From Syntrophaceae bacterium (lineage in GTDB: Bacteria; Desulfobacterota; Syntrophia; Syntrophales; Smithellaceae), in NCBI GenBank assembly GCA_025355345.1, contig JANXZU010000098.1, positions 960 through 64,959 of the forward strand: 64,000 bases of DNA. The letters run 5' to 3'. A model generated the notes under the pieces. That model was not told the origin of the DNA. It saw only the letters and a program-made list of their open reading frames with translations, and did not search any database. Position numbers and translations under genes: made by a program. This document shows, piece by piece, positions 1 to 10,461 of this stretch; positions within the stretch are counted from its first letter, which is position 1; the number at the start of each line of letters is the position of its first letter.

Positions 1-1595
1 TGCCGATTGGTGAAAGATGGACTTTTGATCTCAAGGCCGATTACCGTGATTCGGACAGCCAGACCTTTCGGGCAACCGAAGGTGCTATCGGATATCGTGT
101 GACTGATTCGGTTAAGGTCTCCGCCGGCGTGCGTGCTGATGACCGCAAAGTTGCTGTGGCGAATTTAAGCCCGACATTATCTCAGGACGGAGACCGGACT
201 GATGCCATAGTCCGTATTGATTACAGGCGAGCAATTAAGAAAACAAATGCGGCAACAGAAGTTAATCCAGTAGTCGGGGCAGAAAAAACAGCGGCACAGA
301 CAGCTCCGCAATCTGCGGCAGTCAATACACCGCCGGTCAATGGCGCGGCTGCTGAAGCAACAACTGCGGCACAAAAAAAGAATGATGTTGCGCCTGCTGT
401 GCAATATGAACCGTGGGGGATTTATACATATCTCCAAAAGACGGTTAATCATTCCGGTGCAAGGCCCGAAAATGATCGGGTTGGCGTTGGTGCCGATTGG
501 CAGGCAACGTCGCGTTTCAAAATCGGTGGAGAGCTTTCCGAAGGTGATGAAGGGCTGGGCGCTAAGCTGACAGGAGATTATCGTATAGATGATCGCAGCA
601 ATGTTTACTTGACTTACTTAAACGAAACAGACAGACCCGATCTTGCCTACCGCGGAAGAATCGGCACTCTTGTTTTCGGCAGTGGATACAAAATGTCGGA
701 TCAAGCGAGGATTTACACGGAATCACGCTGGGCGGACGGCGCGGGACCAAATAGTCTTGCTCAGGCGTTCGGCCTTGATCTGGCGCCAAATGACCGCTGG
801 ACTTTCGGTATTAAAGGTGAAGTTGGTAAAGTTAGTGATGAAGCCTCGGGTGATTTGAAGCGTTATGCAGGGGGGCTTTCCGCAGCCTACAAGTATAAAA
901 AAATTAAATATGCCACAGCTCTTGAATATCGCCATGATGATGGCACAATGGAAGTGCGTGATACCTGGCTTACGAAGAATTCTTTAGGTTATCAAGCAAC
1001 GCCCTCATGGCGGCTGATTGGTAAGTTTAACTTCTCCCGCAGTTATTCAACGCTTGGATCATTTTATGACGGTAATTATACTGAGATAGTTACAGGCGCG
1101 GCATTTCGTCCGGTGACGCATGACCGCCTCAACATGCTTATCAAATACACCTATTATGAGAATGTGCCATCGCCGGGTCAGTTAACGCAGACCGCTATTG
1201 TTGCCGATTATGCGCAGCGCAGCCATGTATTCTCGGCCGACGCGATTTATGATCTGGTGAAATGGCTTTCGATCGGCGCGAAATACGGCCTGCGTGTCGG
1301 AGAGCTGAAGATGACCAAGGTTGACGGGGAGTGGTTTTCAAGCCGTGCCGATCTGATTATTTTGCGGGCGGATTTGCACCTGGTGCGGGAATGGGATGTG
1401 CTTCTGGAAGCACGCCGGTTGAAGGTGTATGATGCTGATGATGAAAGAACAGGATTTCTCGTCGGTGTTTACCGTCATATCAATGATAACTTCAAGATCG
1501 GCGCGGGTTATAATTTTACCGATTTTTCCGATAATCTAACTGATCTGTCGTACCGCAGCCACGGCTGGTTCATCAACGCCATCGCTTCTTTCTAA
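1..1595 (+). CDS. Outer-membrane beta-barrel protein, 5' end outside the window
   Basis: The reading frame is open from nt 3; the track start at GTG 99 is only the first start-like codon. The protein has an Ala/Pro/Thr-rich linker followed by alternating amphipathic strands. The C-terminus ...GWFINAIASF ends in Phe, as in OMP beta-signals. Confidence 0.6.
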   Translation, partial: PIGERWTFDLKADYRDSDSQTFRATEGAIGYRVTDSVKVSAGVRADDRKVAVANLSPTLSQDGDRTDAIVRIDYRRAIKKTNAATEVNPVVGAEKTAAQTAPQSAAVNTPPVNGAAAEATTAAQKKNDVAPAVQYEPWGIYTYLQKTVNHSGARPENDRVGVGADWQATSRFKIGGELSEGDEGLGAKLTGDYRIDDRSNVYLTYLNETDRPDLAYRGRIGTLVFGSGYKMSDQARIYTESRWADGAGPNSLAQAFGLDLAPNDRWTFGIKGEVGKVSDEASGDLKRYAGGLSAAYKYKKIKYATALEYRHDDGTMEVRDTWLTKNSLGYQATPSWRLIGKFNFSRSYSTLGSFYDGNYTEIVTGAAFRPVTHDRLNMLIKYTYYENVPSPGQLTQTAIVADYAQRSHVFSADAIYDLVKWLSIGAKYGLRVGELKMTKVDGEWFSSRADLIILRADLHLVREWDVLLEARRLKVYDADDERTGFLVGVYRHINDNFKIGAGYNFTDFSDNLTDLSYRSHGWFINAIASF

Positions 1596-1697
1596 GATAG
1601 TCATTCCCACAAAAAATCACGTCAGCTTTTACAGATTGAACCAACAGACTACTTATGGTATGAAATTTTAACTATCTTAAAGTAGAGGAGTTTAGAT

Positions 1698-2093
1698 ATG
1701 ATTAAAAATACGGTAGAGGCATGGCACAAAATACTTGAGACAAAAGATGCAGCCGGATTGGATAATATTCTTTCGGAGAATGTCGTCTTCCATTCACCGG
1801 TTGTCCATAAGCCGCAGGAGGGCAAGGAAATAACAAAGATTTACCTTGGCGCTGCTCTTTACGTTTTTGCTAATGACAGTTTTAAGTATCTGAGAGAAGT
1901 TATTTCCGGCAATAACGCGTTTCTGGAGTTTTCTACAGTGATAGAAGGTATTACTGTCAATGGCGTGGATATGATTACCTGGGGCGCGGATGGCAGGATT
2001 ATTGACTTCAAGGTCATGGTGCGTCCGCTAAAAGCCATCAACTTAATTCATCGAATGATGGGAGAAATGCTGCAAAAGATGAAGCCAGGTTAA
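1698..2093 (+). CDS. SnoaL/NTF2-like small protein
   Basis: 131-aa ORF with the purine-rich stretch 'agaggag' just upstream. The size and alpha+beta pattern resemble the NTF2/SnoaL fold; this is a by-eye family call. Confidence 0.5.
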   Translation: MIKNTVEAWHKILETKDAAGLDNILSENVVFHSPVVHKPQEGKEITKIYLGAALYVFANDSFKYLREVISGNNAFLEFSTVIEGITVNGVDMITWGADGRIIDFKVMVRPLKAINLIHRMMGEMLQKMKPG

Positions 2094-2122
2094 ACGCATT
2101 TATTATTTTCAGGCAACATAGA

Positions 2123-4570
2123 TTGTCAGGGGAAAAAGAGCAGCAGATGAACTACCAAGACATGAATAAAGAGCAGCTTATCAATGAAATATCCGCCTTA
2201 AAGCAGAAGAATAAGGAACTGGAACATGCTGAATCAGAGTTCAGGCAGACGGAAAAGAAATTGGTAAGCAGCGAAGAAAAATTCCGTACGCTGGCCGAAT
2301 CGAGTTCTTTTGCTATTATGATGCATCAAGGCGATAACTGGATTTACGCGAATCGTGCGGCTGTAGAAATTTCCGGATATACTGAAGAGGAACTCTGCGG
2401 CATGCATTTCTGGTCTTTTGTGCATCCGGATCATCGGGACATGGTAAAGCAAAGCGGCCAAAATCGGCAACAGGGAAAAGCCCTGCCGCGTGCTTATGAA
2501 TTTAAAATCATAGCAAAAGACGGCACGGTAAAATGGGTCAGCCTATCGGGAAGCCCTATCAAATATGAAGATAAACCCACAGCTTTGATTTCAGTTGTAG
2601 ATATCACCGAGAAAAAACTGGTGGATGAGGTGTTGCGCGAGAGCGAGGAACGCTATCGTACCATTCTTGAAGAGATGGAAGACATTTATATTGAAAGTGA
2701 TCTCAAGGGTTTTTTTACTTTTGCAAATCCTGCGAGCTCCAGAATGTTGGGGTTTTCCACAGATGAACTTATTGGCAGGCATTTTACCAAACATACCACC
2801 GTTGCTGATGCTGAAAGAATAATGATTTATTACAAAGAGATTTTCGAAACGGGCATTACCGGGAAACCATTTTCCTGGAATATTGTTAATATAAAGGGGG
2901 AAACTAGAGCCTTTGAAACAGTTGTCTCCTTGATGAAAGACAAAAAGGGTACGCCCCTAGGATTTCGGGCACTCGGACGCGATATCACCGAACGCAAGCG
3001 TATGAATGTGACGCTGAAAGAAAGTGAGCGGAAGTACCGCACTATTTATGAAGATGCTGTTTTCGGTATCTACCAGACGACGCCGGAAGGAAGATTTATT
3101 AGTGCCAATACTTCCTTTGTGCGAATGGCCGGATACGGCTCACCTCAGGAGTTGATTGATAACATAAAGAAAATAGAAACCCAGCTCTATGTGCATTCTG
3201 AAGATCGTCAAAGATTTATCGAGATCATTGCTGAAAAGGGTATTGTTAAAGGTTTTGAAGTTGAATTTTACAAAAAGGATCGAAGTATATTCTGGGTTCA
3301 GCTCAATACCCGTGAGGTGAAGGATCAACAAGGCAGAATAATTTGCTATGAAGGAATCGCGGCAGATATAACTTCCCGCAAGCAGGCGGAGGCCGAAAAG
3401 ATGGTCATGGAGGAACGTCTGAATCGTGCCGAGAAAATGGAGGCCTTGGGAACACTGGCAGGGGGCGTCGCTCACGATCTAAACAATGTGCTGGGTGTTA
3501 TCGTCGGTTATTCGGAACTGCTTTTAAATGAAGTGGATAAGGCAAGCAAAATTCGACCACGTCTGATGAAAATCATGAGCGGAAGTGAGAAGGCCGCCGC
3601 TATTGTGCGGGATTTGCTGACGCTGGCAAGAAGAGGTGTTCCCGGTCGAAAAATTATTAATCTCAACAAGATCATTGCCGATTGTCAACAGTCGCCGGAG
3701 TTTGCTAATTTATCAGTTAATCATCCATCTGTGAAGATAAAAACAGATCTTGCACCGCAACTGCTGAACATCTCCGGCTCTTCTGTACATCTTGAAAAGA
3801 CGCTATATAATCTGATTTCCAATGCCAGTGAGTCCATGGCGAAAGGCGGCATTGTAACCATCAAAACAATCAATCAGTATCTGGACAAGCCAATTCACGG
3901 CTATGACCAGATCCATGAGGGCGACTATGTTATTCTTACCGTAACGGATACAGGTGAAGGCATACCGTCTGTTGATCTGCAACGCATCTTCGAGCCGTTC
4001 TACACGAAGAAGGTTATGGGAAGAAGCGGAACTGGATTAGGCCTGGCGGTTGTCTGGGGTACGGTGAAAGATCATCAAGGTTATATTAACGTTCAAAGCC
4101 AGGAAGGAAAGGGAAGCACATTTACCCTCTATTTCCCTGTAACAAGGGAGGAAATTTCCATTGGAGCCGATTCTTTATCCATTGCCGAATATATGGGGAA
4201 AGGCGAAACCATTCTTGTGGTTGATGATGTGAAAGATCAGCGCGATCTGGCGACTGAAATGTTCAAGAAATTGAATTATAACGTGGTAAGCGTCGCCAGC
4301 GGTGAGGCCGCAATAGCTTACATCAAGGAATGTAAGATTGATCTTATGGTTTTGGATATGATTATGGATCCCGGTATGGATGGACTCGATACATATGTGG
4401 GTGTCCTAGAGATTCAACCAAAACAAAAAGCGATTGTCGTCAGTGGTTTTTCGGAGTCGGACAGGGTACATGCAGCGCAGGCCTTGGGCGCTGGCCAGTA
4501 CGTGGAAAAACCCTATGTCATTGAAAAACTCGGATTGGCTGTGAGAAATGAACTGGACCGGGTTAGATGA
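2123..4570 (+). CDS. PAS-domain hybrid sensor histidine kinase with C-terminal receiver
   Basis: Coiled-coil N-terminus followed by several PAS-like segments. H-box GGVAHDLNNVLGVIVGYSELL, ATPase motifs DTGEGI and GTGLGLAVV, and receiver ILVVDD...DLMVLDMIMDPGMDG are present. The true start may be ATG 2147 or 2162 rather than TTG 2123. Confidence 0.85.
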   Translation: MSGEKEQQMNYQDMNKEQLINEISALKQKNKELEHAESEFRQTEKKLVSSEEKFRTLAESSSFAIMMHQGDNWIYANRAAVEISGYTEEELCGMHFWSFVHPDHRDMVKQSGQNRQQGKALPRAYEFKIIAKDGTVKWVSLSGSPIKYEDKPTALISVVDITEKKLVDEVLRESEERYRTILEEMEDIYIESDLKGFFTFANPASSRMLGFSTDELIGRHFTKHTTVADAERIMIYYKEIFETGITGKPFSWNIVNIKGETRAFETVVSLMKDKKGTPLGFRALGRDITERKRMNVTLKESERKYRTIYEDAVFGIYQTTPEGRFISANTSFVRMAGYGSPQELIDNIKKIETQLYVHSEDRQRFIEIIAEKGIVKGFEVEFYKKDRSIFWVQLNTREVKDQQGRIICYEGIAADITSRKQAEAEKMVMEERLNRAEKMEALGTLAGGVAHDLNNVLGVIVGYSELLLNEVDKASKIRPRLMKIMSGSEKAAAIVRDLLTLARRGVPGRKIINLNKIIADCQQSPEFANLSVNHPSVKIKTDLAPQLLNISGSSVHLEKTLYNLISNASESMAKGGIVTIKTINQYLDKPIHGYDQIHEGDYVILTVTDTGEGIPSVDLQRIFEPFYTKKVMGRSGTGLGLAVVWGTVKDHQGYINVQSQEGKGSTFTLYFPVTREEISIGADSLSIAEYMGKGETILVVDDVKDQRDLATEMFKKLNYNVVSVASGEAAIAYIKECKIDLMVLDMIMDPGMDGLDTYVGVLEIQPKQKAIVVSGFSESDRVHAAQALGAGQYVEKPYVIEKLGLAVRNELDRVR

Positions 4571-4641
4571 ACGTTGTATAACTTAATGACAGCAATAACT
4601 AATTTGGCATTAACTCAACAATTATGGTATAAAACAAAGAT

Positions 4642-5817
4642 ATGAAAGAAACCACAACAAACTCGTTCTTTGCCCTCCGCTGGCCGTTGATAACATTGAT
4701 AATTTTAATGCTGATAATATTTCAGCATCAATCGGCCATGGCCGTTTCTCTTACGGACAGTGCAAGCCCGGTTCCTGCTGCGGCAATGAAACTTGTTGGT
4801 TTCTGCGCTGATCCCAAGGAAGGGCTTGATGCTCAGGCCATAGCTACGCTCGTTGATTATGTCCTCGAGCCTAAATCAAAGAAGGAATCAGATCTTCCAA
4901 AACTCAAAGAAACCCCGGGAGCTTATTATGAATTTGATACCCGGATCAAATTTCCCAGTTTCCTGCAATATTCCTATAGTAAACAAATTCCACCGTCTCT
5001 CACCAGCCCGGCCTCTCTTCGGTATTCAGTATGGACAGACATCCAGGGGGAATCACAAAAAAATACAGGTAGCTGGAAACTGGTCCCGCCAGGCGGCAAG
5101 CCTGTAATCATTCACGGAGTGCAACACGACGGCATTACTCCTGACCAGACCACCGGCGTCTACTATGAATACGATCTAAAAAGAACTTTTATCCTTTTGA
5201 ATTACAAGGGACGGAACGTGTTTATATCGATTTCCAAACAAATCGATATATCCGATATAGGGAAAAAAGGTGTCATTCTAGGCAACGATGATGATTGGAA
5301 TTACTATTATTCCGGTGTGCCCGGATCAACTAAAGCAGGTCTGGGCTGGGTCAAATCTTACATCTACGACTTTTTTGCGGTGGCAATCTATGTCGAATCC
5401 GGCTCTTCTCCATCCATCGTAAGATCGGGCTTTTTCCAATGGATTCGGGCTGGCTGGTCCGGGGTTAATTTTGTTCAAACAAGCCATATAATAAAGGGCA
5501 TGAAACGAAACGCCAAAACTTCAAAATCAATTCTGGAATCGCCAAAATTGCCCGCGCCTAGCCAGATAGCCTCAACTTATCAACGGATTTCGTCCTTGCC
5601 TAAAAATGATTTAGTTGACAGATATACCGCCTTGCAGCAGGCCCGGCAGTCACTGGCCGTTCTGAGCGGCAAAATTGACGCAAACGAAATAAAAAAAACA
5701 GATTCCTATGCCAACACTCCTAAGGTACAAATCGTTGAAGAATTGATGCTGGAATATTTTAAAATTACCATGGGTAAGTCATCCCTGTTAGGGAAAAAAG
5801 TAGTTTTGGGTAATTAA
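4642..5817 (+). CDS. Hypothetical exported or membrane-anchored protein
   Basis: N-terminal hydrophobic segment LITLIILMLIIFQHQSAMA. I recognise no catalytic motif. Confidence 0.5.
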   Translation: MKETTTNSFFALRWPLITLIILMLIIFQHQSAMAVSLTDSASPVPAAAMKLVGFCADPKEGLDAQAIATLVDYVLEPKSKKESDLPKLKETPGAYYEFDTRIKFPSFLQYSYSKQIPPSLTSPASLRYSVWTDIQGESQKNTGSWKLVPPGGKPVIIHGVQHDGITPDQTTGVYYEYDLKRTFILLNYKGRNVFISISKQIDISDIGKKGVILGNDDDWNYYYSGVPGSTKAGLGWVKSYIYDFFAVAIYVESGSSPSIVRSGFFQWIRAGWSGVNFVQTSHIIKGMKRNAKTSKSILESPKLPAPSQIASTYQRISSLPKNDLVDRYTALQQARQSLAVLSGKIDANEIKKTDSYANTPKVQIVEELMLEYFKITMGKSSLLGKKVVLGN

Positions 5818-5824
5818 TATTCGA

Positions 5825-6958
5825 ATGTCAACAGACAATCAAATTTACAGGCAGCTCCAGATTCAATTAGATAAGTATCCTATCGGATATCCCGCGACAC
5901 AAAGTGGTGTTGAAATTGATATACTGAAATATTTTTTTAGCCCGCTTCAGGTAAAGATTTCGCTGTGCCTTACGCTCCGTTCTATCCCCGTTGCAAAAAT
6001 CAGCAAAAGGCTCAATGAAAAATTTGATATAGAATTAGCACCTGATAATTTGCATGCAATGCTTGATGAAATGTTTATGAAAGGTGTTATCAGCCGTTCG
6101 GGTAAGATAGGGCCTCCGCGCTACAGCATTGCCATGCTGGCGATTGGCATGTTTGAATACCATGTGGATGATCTCACCCATGAACTGATTGAAATGATCC
6201 ATAAATATTTTGACGAAGCCTTCGGCGCGGAATTTTTCCGTTCATCTCTTCCACAGTTGCGGACAAGCCCGCACATGTTGGCGATTGTGCCGGAATATAT
6301 TGTTGATACCTATGACAACATGCGGCACTTCATCAACAAAACCAAAGAAACCATCCATGTGGCCAACTGCGTTTGTAAACAGGCTGAAGCTATTATGGGT
6401 CAACCATGCAAACAAACAGATAATATTGAAGTATGCCTGCTAATAGGCTCAACCAGTTACGCGGCTAGAGGCAGAGCAAGGCTTATATCCAAAGAAGAAT
6501 GCCTTAATGTTTTGGACATGGCTCAGGATAAAGGGATGGTTCTTCAGCCGGGAAATTCGCGAAAGCCTAACTGCATCTGCATCTGCTGTGGTTGCTGTTG
6601 CGGAGTAATAACTACCGCTAAAAAACAATCCCGGCCCGCACGTTTTTTTGCTTCTAATTATTATGCCCGGATTAATATGGATTTATGCAAAGGATGCGGA
6701 GTTTGTGCAAAACGCTGTCAAATGGATGCGATTATTTCAAAGGATAAAAACTTTCGTGTTGATCTTGACAGGTGTATCGGGTGCGGTCTTTGTGTGACCA
6801 AGTGTAAGTTAGATGCCGTTACGCTGATTAAAAAAGTAAAGGTTACCGTGCCGCCGATGAATACGGAGATTTTGTATTTAAGCATCCTGAAAGAAAGAGC
6901 CGGAAAGAAAAAAATGATAGTCAATATGCTCCGGCTACTTTTAGGGAAGCCTTTGTAA
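5825..6958 (+). CDS. 4Fe-4S dicluster domain protein with Cys-rich insert
   Basis: Cys cluster CICICCGCCCG plus two ferredoxin motifs, CKGCGVCAKRC and CIGCGLCVTKC. Confidence 0.75.
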   Translation: MSTDNQIYRQLQIQLDKYPIGYPATQSGVEIDILKYFFSPLQVKISLCLTLRSIPVAKISKRLNEKFDIELAPDNLHAMLDEMFMKGVISRSGKIGPPRYSIAMLAIGMFEYHVDDLTHELIEMIHKYFDEAFGAEFFRSSLPQLRTSPHMLAIVPEYIVDTYDNMRHFINKTKETIHVANCVCKQAEAIMGQPCKQTDNIEVCLLIGSTSYAARGRARLISKEECLNVLDMAQDKGMVLQPGNSRKPNCICICCGCCCGVITTAKKQSRPARFFASNYYARINMDLCKGCGVCAKRCQMDAIISKDKNFRVDLDRCIGCGLCVTKCKLDAVTLIKKVKVTVPPMNTEILYLSILKERAGKKKMIVNMLRLLLGKPL

Positions 6959-7013
6959 TAATAAGTTGCTTTCAAAAAAATATTGATTTTTTAAAAGCTT
7001 ACTTGGTATTATG
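6957..7013. repeat. REP-like long hairpin, copy 1 (degenerate)
   Basis: AATAATAAGTTGCTTTCAAAAA..TTTTAAAAGCTTACTTGGTATTATG; it starts at the stop codon of the 5825-6958 gene. Confidence 0.7.
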
Positions 7014-7031
7014 CCTGTTGTTTAATAGGTA

Positions 7032-7060
7032 TTGACATTTGCCTGTTCAGGCTCTAAATT
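7032..7060 (+). promoter_or_regulatory. Sigma70-like promoter candidate upstream of the FmdB-type gene
   Basis: TTGACA (7032-7037), 17-nt spacer, TAAATT (7055-7060), about 20 nt before the RBS and ATG 7082. Confidence 0.4.
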
Positions 7061-7081
7061 GAAATAAAAGGAAATAATGTT

Positions 7082-7327
7082 ATGCCGATATATGAATATA
7101 AATGTGATAAGTGCGCAAAAAAATTTGAAGTTATGACCATGAGCATGAATGAAAAAGCAAATGCGGTTTGCCCGAAATGTAAATCCAAAAAGACCAGCAA
7201 AATGATGTCCAGCTTTGGTCGAGGGAAGTATGGATCTCTTAGTTCGGGCGGTTCCGGTGGAGGCGATAGCAGCAGTTCTGGCTGTGGATCGTGTTCGTCA
7301 TCAAATTGTTCGTCCTGCGGGCACTGA
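7082..7327 (+). CDS. FmdB-family zinc-ribbon protein
   Basis: MPIYEYKCDKC...CPKC forms a paired-CxxC zinc ribbon, followed by the Gly/Ser/Cys-rich tail typical of this family. Confidence 0.8.
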   Translation: MPIYEYKCDKCAKKFEVMTMSMNEKANAVCPKCKSKKTSKMMSSFGRGKYGSLSSGGSGGGDSSSSGCGSCSSSNCSSCGH

Positions 7328-7357
7328 CTTTCAAACTATACAGAAGAGGGAAAACCC

Positions 7358-8008
7358 ATGATTGTGAGCATGTGGATGACACGGGATTTGGTGACGATCG
7401 AGCCTGATACACCGATCAATGAGGCAGCCTTCCTGATGGCGGTTAAACACATCCGCCGTCTGCCGGTAGTAGAAGAACACGCAAAAATTTTTCATCCCGT
7501 TGGTATTATCACTGCCACCGATATCCTTCATGCTTATCCTCCAGAGGTAAATCCGTTTGCTATTCTTTCCCGCGATGGTGATAGGGTTCATACTAAAGCC
7601 GGAGATATTATGAGCCGTTCACTACAAACCGTTACACCGGAAACGCCAATCGAGGATGCAGCCAGAATGATGCAAAGCAGGAAGATCAGTACATTACTGG
7701 TGCTTCAGAAGGAAAAACTTGTCGGTTTGATTACTGAGTCCGACATCTTCCGGGCATTTCTTGGCATATTAGAGTCAACACGGGGTGATGCGCGCATAAC
7801 CTTTGAAATAAAAAACAATGAAGACATCTTCGGGATGATCGCTCCGATTGCTCTGAGGCTGGGTGTGCGTGTGGTTAGCCTGATGTCGCTTCATCAAGAC
7901 GATCGGAAATTATGCGTCGTCCGGATTTCAGGCGCGAAGATAGAGGAGATGCTGGGCGAAATTTGGAAATCCGGGCACACTGTACTCAATGTACTCCATC
8001 TGTCTTAA
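7358..8008 (+). CDS. CBS-pair domain protein with C-terminal regulatory-like domain
   Basis: Two CBS-like repeats (..HIRRLPVV.., ..ISTLLVLQKEKLVGLITESDI..). RBS 'agaggg' lies upstream. Confidence 0.7.
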   Translation: MIVSMWMTRDLVTIEPDTPINEAAFLMAVKHIRRLPVVEEHAKIFHPVGIITATDILHAYPPEVNPFAILSRDGDRVHTKAGDIMSRSLQTVTPETPIEDAARMMQSRKISTLLVLQKEKLVGLITESDIFRAFLGILESTRGDARITFEIKNNEDIFGMIAPIALRLGVRVVSLMSLHQDDRKLCVVRISGAKIEEMLGEIWKSGHTVLNVLHLS

Positions 8009-8120
8009 AACTCTTTAATTATTTGATGTCTTAGAATCACTTTCAGTTCTATCATCACGGTGGCTTGAAATTAACAATTAAGGATAAAAAGAAGCCCGGC
8101 GATACAAGGAGTATGTTATT

Positions 8121-9500
8121 TTGTCGCTAAAGAAAAACACCCTGTGGTCATTTTTTTCTTCTGTAAAACTGACAATTGTTCTTCTGATAATAATCGTGTT
8201 TGTCTTTATTGCCGCCACTTTTATACCTCCTCATATTGTTCAAGCTTTTACCGGGCAGCTTTCACCGGGAGTGGCTGAATTATTTCTTCTCCTTCGTTTG
8301 TCTGATCTTTATCATTCTTTTCTATTCTATTTGCTAATGACCATTCTATCGATCAACCTTATAATCTGTTCCATAAATCGGTTTCCTTCATTATGGAGAC
8401 AATATAAAGCTCCGAATTTTCCGGAACCGGCCGGTATTTTCGATAATCTTCCTCAAAGCCAAATTATTATTGTAGGTAAAGATAGTAGCCAAATCAAGCA
8501 GATCATAAAATCATGTCTGAAAAAAAATTATGGGTCCACCAAAGAAGTTGATACGGGCAAAGGATACCTTTTTTATTCTGAACGGTGTCGTTTTTCTCTT
8601 TTTGGTGTTTACATAGTGCACCTGAGCATTTTAGTGATTATTGTCGGTGCAATTATCGGTTCCATCTTCGGCTTGGAGGCCGATATCAATATCAAAGAAG
8701 GCGAATCTGTTAATGTCGCTAATCTTTCGCAATACAATGCAATACATAAACTGGATTTTTCAGTACGTTGCGATAAATTTATCATTGAATATTATGAAGA
8801 CGGCACTCCCAAAACTTACCGATCCGATTTGAGCTTTATAAAAAACGGTCAAGTTGCGAAGCAGGGAACTCTGCTGGTTAACAATCCCCTAACCTTTGAT
8901 AATTATCGCTTTTACCAGTCCAGATATGGCACAGCGCCCGATATCAAGGCGATAGTCACATACACAAATATCGGCAAGAAGGGCGGTTCTTTGACGCTTG
9001 CTGTGGGTGATAGCTTTGATTTGCCGGATAGTAACGCAAAGGGTTCTGTCCTGCGTATGGAAAATAATATTATGCAAATGGGGCCGGCAATAAAGTTAAG
9101 AATCATTTCACCAAAAAAGGATATACAATTCTGGGTTTTTAAGCATATCGATAAAATCAAAAAAATGAATTCCAACCTATTAACTGAAGTTCCTATGTTC
9201 AATCCCGGCCTTTTCCATCCCTTTGTTTTTTCTATCGACCGGATGGAGCAAACTTACTATACAGGTTTGCATATTGTTCGCGATCCCGGTGTTTCTCTTG
9301 TTGCTTTGGGTGGATTACTTATGGTCGCAGGTTTAATAATCGTCTTTTTCATGGCGTATCAGCGTTTTTGGGTGAGGTTGGAACAGCTAGGAACAAAAAA
9401 CATCATCAGCATTGTTGGTCTGAGCAATCGGAATGACCAGCAACTTCAAGATAAAATCGATTGTTTGTGCAGGCGAATCCAAGAGGAGATAAAAGCATGA
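8121..9500 (+). CDS. resB: Cytochrome c biogenesis protein ResB/Ccs1 (System II)
   Basis: TTG start 8 nt after 'aaggag'. N-terminus LWSFFSSVKLTIVLL, TM helices flanking a large soluble loop, and a C-terminal TM helix. The stop overlaps the ccsA start (ATGA). Confidence 0.8.
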   Translation: MSLKKNTLWSFFSSVKLTIVLLIIIVFVFIAATFIPPHIVQAFTGQLSPGVAELFLLLRLSDLYHSFLFYLLMTILSINLIICSINRFPSLWRQYKAPNFPEPAGIFDNLPQSQIIIVGKDSSQIKQIIKSCLKKNYGSTKEVDTGKGYLFYSERCRFSLFGVYIVHLSILVIIVGAIIGSIFGLEADINIKEGESVNVANLSQYNAIHKLDFSVRCDKFIIEYYEDGTPKTYRSDLSFIKNGQVAKQGTLLVNNPLTFDNYRFYQSRYGTAPDIKAIVTYTNIGKKGGSLTLAVGDSFDLPDSNAKGSVLRMENNIMQMGPAIKLRIISPKKDIQFWVFKHIDKIKKMNSNLLTEVPMFNPGLFHPFVFSIDRMEQTYYTGLHIVRDPGVSLVALGGLLMVAGLIIVFFMAYQRFWVRLEQLGTKNIISIVGLSNRNDQQLQDKIDCLCRRIQEEIKA

Positions 9501-10345
9501 GCCACACATTGATTCTAAGCGGGGTGACTTTTGTCTATTTTGTTTCGTTTGTCTTATACCTGTTCGGGTTGATTAACGGGAAAGAATTTTGGGGGCGCGC
9601 CGCTTCATTTTTCGCGTGGGCAGGATTAGCCATGCAAACAATTGCCCTAATCTTAAGATGGAAGATGTCTTACGATCTGGGCTTGGGACATGTGCCCTTG
9701 ACCAATTTCTATGAATCCATGGTCTTCTTCGCTTGGGCCATTATTTTTACTTATCTGATTGTTGAATTGCTGACGAAAAATAAGATTATTGGTGTATTCG
9801 TCGTACCAATAGCATTCCTAGCAATGGCCTATTCATCAATCGCGCCAGATGTGAGTAATCGCATCGAACCGCTTATCCCCGCCTTGCAAAGCAACTGGCT
9901 GACTATTCACGTAGTAACCTGTTTTATGGGTTATGCCGCCTTTACAGTAGCTTTTGGTTGTGGTTTAATCTATCTGCTGAAAAATATGGAAAAAGGTAAC
10001 ACGGAAAAACCTTCTGGATTACGAGGAAAACTCCCTGCTCTGGCAATACTGGATACATTAATTTACCAGAGCACTGCTCTTGGGTTTGTCTTTCTCACCA
10101 TCGGAATAATGACAGGTTCCATTTGGGCGCATTACGCCTGGGGTAGTTACTGGAGTTGGGACCCCAAAGAGACATGGTCGCTGATTACCTGGCTTATCTA
10201 CGCAATCATGTTGCATTTGCGGCACGTGCGAGGGTTGAAGGGAAAGCGCATGGCTATCCTTGCTCTTGTCGGATTTGCCTGTGTTCTATTCACCTATCTT
10301 GGCGTTAATTATCTTCCCGGCTTACACAGCTATCTCAAGACATAA
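9497..10345 (+). CDS. ccsA: Cytochrome c biogenesis protein CcsA (System II heme handling)
   Basis: Trp-rich motif WAHYAWGSYWSWDPKETW in a polytopic membrane protein. ATG 9497 (MSHTLIL) overlaps the resB stop; the track start 9461 would overlap resB by 40 nt. Confidence 0.9.
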   Translation: MSHTLILSGVTFVYFVSFVLYLFGLINGKEFWGRAASFFAWAGLAMQTIALILRWKMSYDLGLGHVPLTNFYESMVFFAWAIIFTYLIVELLTKNKIIGVFVVPIAFLAMAYSSIAPDVSNRIEPLIPALQSNWLTIHVVTCFMGYAAFTVAFGCGLIYLLKNMEKGNTEKPSGLRGKLPALAILDTLIYQSTALGFVFLTIGIMTGSIWAHYAWGSYWSWDPKETWSLITWLIYAIMLHLRHVRGLKGKRMAILALVGFACVLFTYLGVNYLPGLHSYLKT

Positions 10346-10461
10346 ACTGTTCTTGATTATGAAAAATAATAAACACATGAGAAATAACATTGGGAAAATA
10401 TATCGTTTATTGCAAAGGCCTGATTGGCTTTTGCCAGCTGTATGTTCTGTTCAAAATTATT